Positions 1-8,923 of a stretch of DNA of 64,000 nt are shown in pieces (position 1 is the first letter of the stretch; every line of letters begins with the position of its first letter). The stretch is from contig JAKFBU010000067.1 of NCBI GenBank assembly GCA_036676985.1, positions 15,706 through 79,705 on the forward strand. Reading direction: 5' to 3'. Both the position numbers and the translations under genes were made by a program. Source of the DNA: Candidatus Sericytochromatia bacterium (GTDB lineage Bacteria; Cyanobacteriota; Sericytochromatia; S15B-MN24; UBA4093). The notes below the pieces were generated by a model. It was not told the DNA's origin. It saw only the letters and a list, made by a program, of their open reading frames with translations, and searched no databases.

Positions 1-546
1 AGCTAGTTGGCCGTTCCAGGTGACAGCCACATCGATCGGAAAGGCCCCGACCGGGATGGTGTCCACGACCGTATTGGTCTGGGTCTCGATAACCGATACC
101 GTGTTACTGGTCAAATTCGTGACGTACGCAAACTTGCCGTTAGGCGTGAGGTCAATCCCTCTGGGATTAACGCCTACCGGAATGGTGGCCTGGACGGTGT
201 TGGTCTTGGTCTCGATCACGGTAACCGTATCTCCACCCTGGTTGGTCACGTAGGCTAGCTTCGCATCAGGCGTGATGGCGGCATCGACCGGGCCCACTCC
301 AGTCGGAACGGTCGCGACTACCGCGTTGGTCCGGGTATCGATGACCGAAACCGTGTTGCTGTTGAAATTCGTGACATACGCGAAAGAAGGACAGGACGTT
401 CCCTTGCCCCCGCCCGCGGCGGCGAGATCGACGCCCGCTTGCCCGGCGGCTCTGTCCCGGACCGCATTCGGGATGGCCTGACATCCCGCGAGCACGCAAA
501 CGGCCAGTTGCAGGCTTATGGACAGCCGAAACCAAGGACGAGCCAT
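1..546 (-). CDS. YVTN-family beta-propeller repeat lipoprotein (3' end runs off the window)
   Basis: Not in the ORF track; manual translation from ATG at 546 (GGAGG upstream) gives MARPWFRLSISLQLAVCVLAGC (lipobox LAGC), then repeats AYVTNFNSNTVSVID, AYVTNQGGDTVTVIE, AYVTNLTSNTVSVIE. The frame stays open to position 1. Confidence 0.92.
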   Translation of the reverse strand, partial: MARPWFRLSISLQLAVCVLAGCQAIPNAVRDRAAGQAGVDLAAAGGGKGTSCPSFAYVTNFNSNTVSVIDTRTNAVVATVPTGVGPVDAAITPDAKLAYVTNQGGDTVTVIETKTNTVQATIPVGVNPRGIDLTPNGKFAYVTNLTSNTVSVIETQTNTVVDTIPVGAFPIDVAVTWNGQLA

Positions 547-612
547 CGGTCACACCTCCCTGTGAACAAAAAACGAACCAACGCATGCTAGCAAGCAATG
601 GTTTGCGCCTCG

Positions 613-641
613 ATAGTCGTTTTGCCGAAGTCGCCTGTCAA
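613..641 (-). promoter_or_regulatory. Putative sigma70 promoter for the YVTN gene
   Basis: TTGACA-N17-GACTAT on the minus strand. Confidence 0.5.
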
Positions 642-928
642 AGTCAGCAGCGTGTGCCGACAACGCCGTCCGGAGGGTGCGTTCGTCCTTGAACGAGCCC
701 GGACCGAAACCGCATGGCAGCCCGGTGAAAACCCAGCGGGCTGAGTGGTTGTTTTAGTGCACTAGGCCGGACGGTCTTCGAACCTGCTTGGCCGAGCTAT
801 CCGACTGGCAGTGCATTCCCTCCGTCTCACCTGGAAGCAAGATCCTGCTCAGTCCGCCTTTCGAAAGGTACTCGGTTTCCGATGGGGACGCCTTGCATGG
901 GCTGTCTTGCCTCGCATACAGCCAAGGG

Positions 929-957
929 TTGACGATAGGACTAACTAGTACTATTCT
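929..957 (+). promoter_or_regulatory. Putative sigma70 promoter for the doxX-family gene
   Basis: TTGACG-N17-TATTCT, 70 nt upstream of an ATG with AAGGAG RBS. Confidence 0.55.
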
Positions 958-1026
958 CAAGATTGTTCGACGTAGAACGATTTTGTTCGTCTCGCGGCAT
1001 GCTGCCGGTGCATAAGGAGAATAGTC

Positions 1027-1527
1027 ATGGCGACCCAAGTGGACACCCTCCCATCGCCCACTCTGGCGGGCACCCTGTTTCAAAAACTTCTGGCCACGGA
1101 CAACGACCACGGCGCCCTGGTGGCCCGCATTGCCCTCGGCCTGGTCATCCTGCCACATGGGGCCCAAAAAGCCCTGGGCTGGTTTGGCGGTTACGGCTTC
1201 GAAGGCACCATGGGTTTCTTCACCCAGCAGATGGGCATTCCGGCGCCGCTCGCGCTGCTCGCGATCGCGGCCGAGTTCCTGGGCGCGCTCGGCCTCATCA
1301 CCGGATTGCTCGGCCGTGTCTCGGCCTTCGGGGTGGGCGTGACGATGCTGGTGGCGGCGCTGATGGCCCACCTGCCCAACGGCTTCTTCATGAACTGGTT
1401 CGGCGCCCAGAAGGGCGAAGGCATCGAGTACTTCGTGCTCGCCATCGGCCTTGCGCTCGTCGTGATGGTGAAGGGCGCCGGCGCGTACTCGCTCGACCGA
1501 GTGATGGCGAAGCGGACCGAACGTTAA
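1027..1527 (+). CDS. DoxX family membrane protein
   Basis: RIALGLVILPHGAQKALGWFGGYG, AEFLG, GFFMNWFG..KGEGIEY, GAGAYSLD; four hydrophobic segments; AAGGAG RBS. Confidence 0.92.
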   Translation: MATQVDTLPSPTLAGTLFQKLLATDNDHGALVARIALGLVILPHGAQKALGWFGGYGFEGTMGFFTQQMGIPAPLALLAIAAEFLGALGLITGLLGRVSAFGVGVTMLVAALMAHLPNGFFMNWFGAQKGEGIEYFVLAIGLALVVMVKGAGAYSLDRVMAKRTER

Positions 1528-1533
1528 GGCGGC

Positions 1534-1579
1534 CACAGCGGAAAACCACCGGCAAAGGCGCCGGTGGCTTTCCGCTGTG
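1534..1579. terminator. Long stem-loop after doxX
   Basis: cacagcggaaa-a-ccaccggc...gccggtgg-c-tttccgctgtg. Confidence 0.6.
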
Positions 1580-1599
1580 TGTTTCAGCCTGCCCGTAAC

Positions 1600-1636
1600 A
1601 GTGAAGCCCCGCCTGAGTTTCAGGCGGGGCTTCACT
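1600..1636. terminator. 17-bp stem-loop immediately 3' of tRNA-Glu
   Basis: agtgaagccccgcctga-gtt-tcaggcggggcttcact. Confidence 0.7.
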
Positions 1637-1638
1637 AG

Positions 1639-1711
1639 TACCCGATACGGGATTCGAACCCGTGTTACCGCCGTGAGAGGGCGGCGTCCTAGGCCTCTAG
1701 ACGAATCGGGC
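1639..1711 (-). tRNA. tRNA-Glu (anticodon CTC); CCA not encoded
   Basis: Reverse complement GCCCGATTCGTCTAGAGGCCTAGGACGCCGCCCTCTCACGGCGGTAACACGGGTTCGAATCCCGTATCGGGTA folds as a cloverleaf with anticodon arm CCGCC-CTCTCAC-GGCGG and a GGTTCGAATCC T-arm. Confidence 0.97.
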
Positions 1712-1888
1712 GTCTCGATGAATTCATCATAGCAGAATCTCCGGGGCATGCAAGGGGAAATTCCAAAAGTTTTACAATCCCTTACCTTTGCTTAGCCTGC
1801 ATTACCTGGTGCCGGCGCGGCCGAGTGGTCCGTTTAGGGCGCCTGGAAGCGAGGGTATACCCCATGCAACACACGAGGAGTCTGGCCC

Positions 1889-2470
1889 ATGCGTTCTTGG
1901 ATGGCGGCGATCGCCCTCATCACCCTCTTGCCCGGTTGCGGTCCCAAGTTCGACGAGCGTCACCTGGACGGCATCGACCTGTCCGGGGCGACCATCGCCG
2001 AGTTTCGGCGCAAGTACGGCCCCGAAGACGAGCGCAACCCGCTCTACGTGCTCGGCGTGCCCATCTTCCACCGGCTCCGCTTCCGGCTCGCGCACGAGGA
2101 CGCCAAGCGCTTCACCACCGCGCCGTCCGGCCCGCTCTTCGTCGACGAGGGATCCTCGCACAACGCCATCCGGGTCTGGTTACCGCTGCCCAAGGCGCCG
2201 CGCAGCTACGAGGACGCCAAGAACGCCTGGGGCGACCCCAAGCGCTCCACCATCATCCAGCCCTCCCAGGTCTCCACGCTGCCCGTCAACCTCGTCGGCA
2301 TGAACTACACCGAGTTCGAGGTCACGGACATGGAGGTGGGGCTGTTCTACGACGGGGAGTCGGACCGCATCGCCATGATCACCTGGGCTCCCCTCCTCAA
2401 GGACGAGGAGGGCCCCAAGGACGGCGAAAAGCCCTCAGGCGAGTCCGGTGAGGATGGGAGCGGGCACTAG
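1889..2470 (+). CDS. Hypothetical lipoprotein
   Basis: GAGGAG RBS, signal peptide with lipobox LPGC, host-like codon usage. Confidence 0.75.
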   Translation: MRSWMAAIALITLLPGCGPKFDERHLDGIDLSGATIAEFRRKYGPEDERNPLYVLGVPIFHRLRFRLAHEDAKRFTTAPSGPLFVDEGSSHNAIRVWLPLPKAPRSYEDAKNAWGDPKRSTIIQPSQVSTLPVNLVGMNYTEFEVTDMEVGLFYDGESDRIAMITWAPLLKDEEGPKDGEKPSGESGEDGSGH

Positions 2471-2901
2471 GCTCCCCGCAGGTGCTTGACCATGACCACC
2501 TCCTGGCGGCCCTCGCGGGTCGTCCGGAACATGACCAGGTCCATCAGCTGTTGCATGAGGAAGATGCCGAGGCCGCCGGTGCGGTGCTCGGCCAGGTGGC
2601 GATTCAGGTCGACCGTCGGCAAGAGGTTGCCGTCGAAGGCCAGGCCGTCGTTGCTGACGATGAGGCGCACGTGCTCGGCGTCCCGGTAAAGCTTGAGCTC
2701 GATGGTGGCATCCGCGGGCAGGGCGGCATGTTCGATGACGTTGGCGACCGCCTCGTCGACGGCCATCTCGATGTCGTTACGGGGGGCGTCGGGCAAGTCC
2801 GCGAGCGTGCGCTGGACGAACTTGCGGGCGCTGGACAGGGCCTTGGTGTCCGGACCGAGGGTCAGCTCGGCATAGACGTCCACCTTGAGGGGAATCGACA
2901 C
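2467..2901 (-). CDS. Anti-sigma factor / serine kinase (RsbW/SpoIIAB-like HATPase_c)
   Basis: AVDEAVANVIEHA N-box and GGLGIFLMQQLMD G2 box; GTG start 5 nt after GGAGG. Confidence 0.85.
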   Translation of the reverse strand: MSIPLKVDVYAELTLGPDTKALSSARKFVQRTLADLPDAPRNDIEMAVDEAVANVIEHAALPADATIELKLYRDAEHVRLIVSNDGLAFDGNLLPTVDLNRHLAEHRTGGLGIFLMQQLMDLVMFRTTREGRQEVVMVKHLRGA

Positions 2902-2990
2902 ACACACCTCCCGGGTTCGAAGCGATAGACGCTACGATGCCACCCCGAGATTACGAAAACTTTACAAGGGAGTGTCTGGGACGTATTCGA

Positions 2991-3179
2991 TCAGGCTTGC
3001 AGGGCCGTCAGGGGTATGGTCGTCGACGTCCCGGCCTGGGAGCTGACGATGAGGGCGTTGCCTTCGTCCTCGTAGATGGCCGCGATGATACGGCAGTGCC
3101 GACACTCGTACAGCCGCGCCGTCGCATGGTCGAGGGCGCGTTGACATGACGGGCAGTGCAAGGGTTGCTCGTTCGGCAT
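2991..3179 (-). CDS. Small zinc-ribbon protein
   Basis: CPSC...CRHC in a 62-aa ORF, co-oriented with its neighbours. Confidence 0.55.
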   Translation of the reverse strand: MPNEQPLHCPSCQRALDHATARLYECRHCRIIAAIYEDEGNALIVSSQAGTSTTIPLTALQA

Positions 3180-3245
3180 ACACCCCATGTACCCAACCGA
3201 CGCTTGGATGGTTTCGACGCAAACAAGACTTAATATGAAAGCTCG

Positions 3246-5468
3246 CTAGGGGGCCATCCGCTGGCTCCAGATACCGCTCGAACCCTGGATCCAGAGGGCG
3301 ACGGCATCGGTGCCGAGCCCCGAGACGGCCGGCTGCTTGAGGTCCGGCCCGAGCATCACCGCAAAGGGGGCACCGGGCGCAGCCAGGTCCTTGTCGAGCA
3401 CCTGGGCGAACACGCCGGGTGCGTCCGCACGCCCGTCCACCCAGCTCAGGAGGTAGCGCGCGCCGTCCCACGCGAGGCGCGGCGATCGCTCCTCCCCGTG
3501 TCCGGGGTGCGACGGGCCTAGGGACGCCGCGCTCCCGACGGGGGTGCCGCCGACGATGCGCCTGGCGAAGAGCTCAAGTCCGCCCGAGCGCGGCTCGGTC
3601 CACACGGCGAGCATGTGCCCCAGGCCCGCGGCGAGGCTCGGCGATCGCTGCGGGGCGACACCGGTGGCCACCGGCACGGCGGCCGAGCCCGCGGTGCCCG
3701 TGATGTCGACGAAGCGGGCCATGACATCGGAGTCGCTCCCGACGCCTTGCTGCCAGCCCACCCAGTAGGCGGACCCGTCCCATGCAGCCGTCGGTACGCT
3801 CGCGTTGCTCGCCACAAGCGCCACGGGCTGGCCCATGCCCGCCGAGGCCAGCCGCGCGACGATGGCCCCGCTCGACTCCTGCCAGGCCACCAGGACGTCT
3901 CCGCCGCGCGGCGCGAGGCACAACCCCTGGGCCCCGACCCGGTTGGCCGCGATCACCGTGGCGCCGCCCGCTGGGCTGCCATCGGCGTTCAAGGTCTGCA
4001 CCTTGATCTGGCGCCCGGCCATGGGGCCGTCCGCGTAGGCGAGCCAGAATTTGCCGAGGCCGGCATCCCATGCGACCACCGGGCCCGGGTCGGCCAGGAA
4101 GGTGGCAGCCGGGGAGACGTCCTGTGGCGACCAGGGGGTGCCCGAGAGGCGCTGCCCCAGGATTCGGTACAGGCCGTCCGCCTGGTCGCTCCAGAAGGCG
4201 AGCGCGCCCGACGATCCGAGGGCGACCGAGGCCATGGTCCCGTTGCCGTGGGGGTAGGGCGCTCCCACCGTAGGGCTCACGAAGACCTGGGCGCTCGCCG
4301 AGAGGTCGCCGACCCCGATGAAGACGACCCCGCTGCCCGTCTCGCGGCCCTGCACCAGCCCCGAGGTGGCGCTGTCCAGGCTGAGCCGCGTGTCCGGCGA
4401 GGCCATCCACGTGGTCAAGGGCCCGTTGAGGGTAACGCCGACGCTGTCGGTGCCCTCGGCCGTGAAGCGCAAGGAGCCGTTGAGGGGCAGGACGATCGGT
4501 CCCTTGGGGACCAGCGAGAGCTCGCGCAGGACCCGGAACTCGCCCGGGCTCGCGCCCGAGATGAGTCCGACCTTGACCACCACGCGGCCCGATTGGGCCC
4601 CTGCCGGGACGCGCGCCCGGATGAGCTGGTCGCTCTCGACGGTGAGTTCGCTCAGCCGGACGCCGTTGAGGTAGACCTCGACGGTGTTGCCGCCCGTGGT
4701 GCTCTTGCCGAAGTTGGCGCCCACGATCTCGAACTGGCTGCCCGGACCGCCCACCGACGGCCGGAGCTCGGAGACGGCGGGCGGCGTCAGCGAGAGGCCG
4801 ATGGGCTCGATGGTCGTCACCTCGCCGGGCTTGACCTCCACGTCCGCGCGCTCGCCGCGCCCGAGCCCCTGATTGCTCGCCACCAGACGGAACCGTCCTG
4901 CCGGGACGTTGCTGATCCGGAAGTTGCCCTCCTCGTCGGTCTTGACCATGTAGCTGAGGCCCGGCGTGAAGACGTCCGTGCCCAGCAGGTTCAATCCCCC
5001 GACCGAGGGCGTGATGACCCGGCCCGCAATGGTGCCCGTGGGCAGGAGGCGCATGTCGCCAACGTCCAGCATGACGCCCGTACGGACGGCGACCGAGAGC
5101 TTGACGGCCTTGCGATCCTCGCTCTGGACGGCTTCGAGGTTGACCTCACCCATGGGCGGATTGGCGAAGGCGAAGCGCCCGTCGCCGCCCGTGCGCACCT
5201 CGGTGGTGGCCTGGCCGTCGGCGGCCGCGATGCCGAAGGGGATGGCGTTGGTGAAGGGGATGGCGTTGGTGAAGAAGGCCCGGACCACGACGCCCGCCAC
5301 GGGCTTGCCGCTCTGGTCCACGATGCGGCCCGCCAGGGGCGAGGACGTGCTGGACGGCCCGCCCCACGGCCAGGGACACCCGCCCAGCGCCAGCAGGGCG
5401 GCGAGGGCGAGGATCGAGAGCCACTTGGGGGTGGGCGCGGCGGTGAGGCGCATGCGGTGCCTTTCCAT
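3246..5468 (-). CDS. Large lipoprotein with carboxypeptidase-regulatory-like domains, IPT/TIG and Ig-like domains and a C-terminal beta-repeat region
   Basis: Lipobox LGGC; GRIVDQSGKPVAGVVV; TDEEGNFRISNVPAG; IPT-like PSVGGPGSQFEIVGANFG...RARVPAGAQSGRVVV; repeated P.(V/L)AWD.....(W/L) motifs. Confidence 0.8.
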   Translation of the reverse strand: MERHRMRLTAAPTPKWLSILALAALLALGGCPWPWGGPSSTSSPLAGRIVDQSGKPVAGVVVRAFFTNAIPFTNAIPFGIAAADGQATTEVRTGGDGRFAFANPPMGEVNLEAVQSEDRKAVKLSVAVRTGVMLDVGDMRLLPTGTIAGRVITPSVGGLNLLGTDVFTPGLSYMVKTDEEGNFRISNVPAGRFRLVASNQGLGRGERADVEVKPGEVTTIEPIGLSLTPPAVSELRPSVGGPGSQFEIVGANFGKSTTGGNTVEVYLNGVRLSELTVESDQLIRARVPAGAQSGRVVVKVGLISGASPGEFRVLRELSLVPKGPIVLPLNGSLRFTAEGTDSVGVTLNGPLTTWMASPDTRLSLDSATSGLVQGRETGSGVVFIGVGDLSASAQVFVSPTVGAPYPHGNGTMASVALGSSGALAFWSDQADGLYRILGQRLSGTPWSPQDVSPAATFLADPGPVVAWDAGLGKFWLAYADGPMAGRQIKVQTLNADGSPAGGATVIAANRVGAQGLCLAPRGGDVLVAWQESSGAIVARLASAGMGQPVALVASNASVPTAAWDGSAYWVGWQQGVGSDSDVMARFVDITGTAGSAAVPVATGVAPQRSPSLAAGLGHMLAVWTEPRSGGLELFARRIVGGTPVGSAASLGPSHPGHGEERSPRLAWDGARYLLSWVDGRADAPGVFAQVLDKDLAAPGAPFAVMLGPDLKQPAVSGLGTDAVALWIQGSSGIWSQRMAP
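5235..5274. repeat. Perfect 18-bp in-frame tandem repeat (2.2 copies) encoding FTNAIP-FTNAIP-F
   Basis: gaaggggatggcgttggt x2 followed by gaag. Confidence 0.95.
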
Positions 5469-5540
5469 AGGGCCTGGCTGCTTGCTCGATGATAGTCAAA
5501 CGACGCCCGTCAGGCGTTGTCGGGCTTGGCCAAAGTCCTT

Positions 5541-8500
5541 CTAGCCGTCGGGTCCTCCCGCGGGATCCGGGGGGGACCAGAGCAGGCTTTCGCGCTCGTG
5601 CCGGACGCCGAGCGTCGTGAAGAGGGCATCGGCCGCGCGGGCGGCGTCCGCGGCCGCCTCGAACCGCCCCTCGGCGCGCAAGAGCCGGCTGTCCAGGGCA
5701 TGCTGCCTTGCCGTCTCGAGGGGTGCCGAGCGATCGGCGAGCTGCCCGGCCGCACGGTCCATCCAGAGGCGCGCCTGGGCGAGGTTGCCCACCTCGAGGG
5801 CCATCTGGGCTTGGGCGCGTGCCACCGATGCCTGACGCACCTGGTCTCCCAGCCGCCGAGCGGCCTGCATGGCCTCGGTTAGCCAGCGCTGGGCCTCGGG
5901 GTAGCGGCGCGCGGCGAGCTCCACCTGCCCCAAGGCCTCGCAGGCCTCGGCCACGAGCTCGGCTTCTCCGAGGGTCAAGAGCTCCGAGAGCCCTTCGCCG
6001 AGGGAGTGGCGGGCCTCCTCGAGCTCCCCGCGCCGGCGCAGCGTCTCGCCCAGAGCGCAGAGGGAGGCCGCGACGCCGAAGCGATCGCCCAGGTTGCGCC
6101 TGGCCTGCAACGCGTCCCGGTGGAAGCGCTCGGCCGCCTTGAGGTCGCCCCGGCGGGTGCACAGGTCGCCCAGGTTGTTGTGCACGGTGGCGACGTGGCC
6201 GCGATCGCCGATCCGCTGGTACAGCGCGAGGCTGCGCTCGTAGTGGACGAAGGCCTCCTCCCACTGACCGAGCTCGGCCTCGACCATGCCGAGGTTGTTG
6301 AGCGACGAGGCGATGCCGGGCAGGTGCCCGGAGGCCTCGCGGTACGTGAGCGCCTCCTGGTGGGCCTCCTTGGCTTCTAGCCAGCGCCCGGCGCGGTAGG
6401 CCGCGATGCCCAGGATGCTGTGCGCGCGGGCCCGCTCCAGGCCTTCGGCCAGTAACTCCAGCGCCTCTCGGCAGAGGGACTCCGCGCCCGCGAGGTCGCC
6501 TGCCCGCACCAGGAGCCACGCTCGGTCCACCGCGAGGCCGCCGTGCATGCCAGGCTGGGTCGAGGCCGCGGCGGCCGTCTGGTAGCAAGTGCGCGCGCCC
6601 GTGAAGTCCCCTTGTCGCTCGTGGATGAGGCCCTTGGCCCGCCAGAGCTCGCCCGCGAGCGCTTCGTCGGGCGTGTCGAGGCCGCGCTCGAGCTGGATGA
6701 GCGCCCCTGGGTAATCGCCGAGCAGGCTCAGGGTCATGGCGAGCTTGAGCCGCACGCCCGCCGTCTCGGAAGGAGGCGCCAGCGCGGGCTCCCGTTCAAG
6801 GATCTCGAGGGCCTGCTGCCAGAGATGGACGGCCTCCTGGTTGGCGAACGCGAGGCGCGCCCGCTCCGCGGACTGGACCAGGTAGCCGAGCGCTCGCTCG
6901 GGGGCCTCGGCGATCACGAAGTGGCGCGCGAGGTCGGGAGCGAGGCCCGCGTGGCCGCCGCTCTTGGCCTCCAGGGCCTCGGCCACCCGGCGGTGGAGCT
7001 CGCGGCGCTTGCGCAGGAGGATGCCGTCGTAGACCACCTCGTGGACGATGGCCTGGGTGAAGGCATGACCGTCCGGATCCGACGGGCGCACCAGGTCGCG
7101 CTCGCCCAAGGAGAGCAGGATGGCATGGGGATCGGGTTGGCCCAGGAGCGCGGCCACCACCTCGGGATCGAAGGTCCGGCCCATGACGGCCGCAAGCTCC
7201 AGGAACTCGCGCTCGGTGGGCAGGAGGCGGTCCAGCCGGGAGGCGACGAGTCCCTTCAGGGACGGCGTGAGGACCTCGCTCGCCCCTTCGAGCTGGGCGC
7301 GGACCAGCTCGCGCAGGACCATGGGGTTGCCCTCGGAGCGCCGGACGAGGGCCGCGATCGTCCCGGCGTCCCGGGCCGGGCCGTGGCTGTAGAGCACCTC
7401 GGCAAGCCGCCAGGTGTCGTCGGGGCTCAGGGGACGCACCGTGGTGAGCGCCCGGTCCAGGCCCGACCGGGCCCTGGCCTCGGGCAAGGGGGCGCCGGGA
7501 CGGGCCTGGGCGAGCACGAGCAGGGGCAGCTGCTCACCGGCCAGGCGCTCCGCGAGGGCTTCGAGCCAGCGCTGGCTCGAGGCATCCGCCCAGTGCAGGT
7601 CCTCGATCACGAGCAAGGACGGTCGGCTTTGGGCCTGGGCGCAGAAGGCCTGGACGGAGGAGGCGATCGCGGCCTCGATGCGCTGAGCGTCCGAGGCGCC
7701 CTTGAGGGCGTGGTGATCGACGCCGAGCAAGAGGGACACGAGGTCCGTCTCTTCGGGATCCGGCCAGCCGAGCTCCTGGAGCTTGCGCCTGAGAGCCCGG
7801 CTCACGTCCTCGGGGTCCGCGTGGCGGGGCATGCCCGTCCATGCATGCAACCACTGGGCCGTCAGGTCGAAGGCCCGCTCTTGCTGGTAGGAGACGCCGC
7901 GCAGGGCGATGACGGGCACCTCGGGTGCTAGCCCGCGCCGGAACTCGTCGACGATCTGGGTCTTGCCGATGCCGGCCTCGCCCATGAGCGTGATCCAGTG
8001 GGGCCGTCCGTCCTGCACCCGGGCCCAAGCCTCGGAGAGGGCCTCGACCTCGCGCTCGCGCCCGATGGTCCGGTTGGGCAGCACCCGCACCGGGCCCGCC
8101 TCGTGGGCGCCCGTCACCTCGTAGGCCTGCACCGGCTGCGCCTTGCCCTTGACCTGCAAGGGGCTGAGGGCCTTGTAGGCGAAGCGATGGGCCGTGAGGC
8201 GGTAGGTCTCCTGGCTGACGAGGATGCTGTCGGGGCGCGCGGCGGCCTCCATGCGCTGGGCGAGGTTGACGGTGTCGCCCATGACCGTGTAGTCGCGCTT
8301 TTGGTCGCCGCCCATCTCGCCCGCGACGACCAGTCCCGTGTTGAGGCCGATGCGCAGCTTGAGGGAGAGCCCGGTGCGGGCCTGGAGGTCCCGCGCGAAC
8401 GAGCGAGCCGCGGCCTGCATCGCGAGGGCGGCGAGCACGGCCCGCTCGGGGTCGTCCTCATGGGCGACCGGAGCCCCGAAGAGGGCCATGACGGCGTCGC

Positions 8501-8759
8501 CGATGTACTTGTCGACCACGCCCCCGTACCGGTAGACCGGCGTGGTGAGGGCCTGGAAGCACTGGTTGACGATCTCGGCCACGGCCTCGGGGTCCAGCTG
8601 CTCGCTCATGGCCGTGAAGCCCGAGACGTCGGCGAAGAGGACGGTGACCACCCGGCGATCGCCGCGCGGGGAGGCTGCGCCCGCGATCCGGGCGCCGCAG
8701 CGGCTGCAGAAGTTGGCCTCGCGGTCGACGGGTTTGAGGCAGGCGGTGCAGGTCGTCAT
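5541..8759 (-). CDS. Class III adenylate cyclase with N-terminal zinc ribbon, STAND/AAA ATPase and TPR repeats
   Basis: CTAC..CSRC; VLFADVSGFT, DKYIGDAVMA, YTVMGDTVNLAQRME; Walker A GEAGIGKT, Walker B LLVIEDLHWAD; TPR motifs SLNNLG, VHNNLG; GGAGG before ATG at 8759. Confidence 0.92.
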   Translation of the reverse strand: MTTCTACLKPVDREANFCSRCGARIAGAASPRGDRRVVTVLFADVSGFTAMSEQLDPEAVAEIVNQCFQALTTPVYRYGGVVDKYIGDAVMALFGAPVAHEDDPERAVLAALAMQAAARSFARDLQARTGLSLKLRIGLNTGLVVAGEMGGDQKRDYTVMGDTVNLAQRMEAAARPDSILVSQETYRLTAHRFAYKALSPLQVKGKAQPVQAYEVTGAHEAGPVRVLPNRTIGREREVEALSEAWARVQDGRPHWITLMGEAGIGKTQIVDEFRRGLAPEVPVIALRGVSYQQERAFDLTAQWLHAWTGMPRHADPEDVSRALRRKLQELGWPDPEETDLVSLLLGVDHHALKGASDAQRIEAAIASSVQAFCAQAQSRPSLLVIEDLHWADASSQRWLEALAERLAGEQLPLLVLAQARPGAPLPEARARSGLDRALTTVRPLSPDDTWRLAEVLYSHGPARDAGTIAALVRRSEGNPMVLRELVRAQLEGASEVLTPSLKGLVASRLDRLLPTEREFLELAAVMGRTFDPEVVAALLGQPDPHAILLSLGERDLVRPSDPDGHAFTQAIVHEVVYDGILLRKRRELHRRVAEALEAKSGGHAGLAPDLARHFVIAEAPERALGYLVQSAERARLAFANQEAVHLWQQALEILEREPALAPPSETAGVRLKLAMTLSLLGDYPGALIQLERGLDTPDEALAGELWRAKGLIHERQGDFTGARTCYQTAAAASTQPGMHGGLAVDRAWLLVRAGDLAGAESLCREALELLAEGLERARAHSILGIAAYRAGRWLEAKEAHQEALTYREASGHLPGIASSLNNLGMVEAELGQWEEAFVHYERSLALYQRIGDRGHVATVHNNLGDLCTRRGDLKAAERFHRDALQARRNLGDRFGVAASLCALGETLRRRGELEEARHSLGEGLSELLTLGEAELVAEACEALGQVELAARRYPEAQRWLTEAMQAARRLGDQVRQASVARAQAQMALEVGNLAQARLWMDRAAGQLADRSAPLETARQHALDSRLLRAEGRFEAAADAARAADALFTTLGVRHERESLLWSPPDPAGGPDG

Positions 8760-8923
8760 GGCGGCCTCCGGGCGGGAACCATGTCCACCATACGAGCGAG
8801 CGTCTGGGATGACTAGCGGACGATGGCCAAGCTTTTTCGCAGTGCGTCCGGACCGGGAGCGGCCCGGGCTCGGGAGGTATAATGGGGGCTCGATAGGCCT
8901 CGTCTGGCTGGAAAGGACCGACC

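Noticed and set aside
595-630. Possible c-di-GMP-I riboswitch on the minus strand (GGCAAAAC...GGCGCAAACC)
   Set aside because: No GNRA-capped P2 stem between the motifs, and the segment overlaps a good sigma70 promoter spacer and -10
1600-1900. Integrative element at tRNA-Glu
   Set aside because: No integrase and no duplicated tRNA 3' end seen within the window
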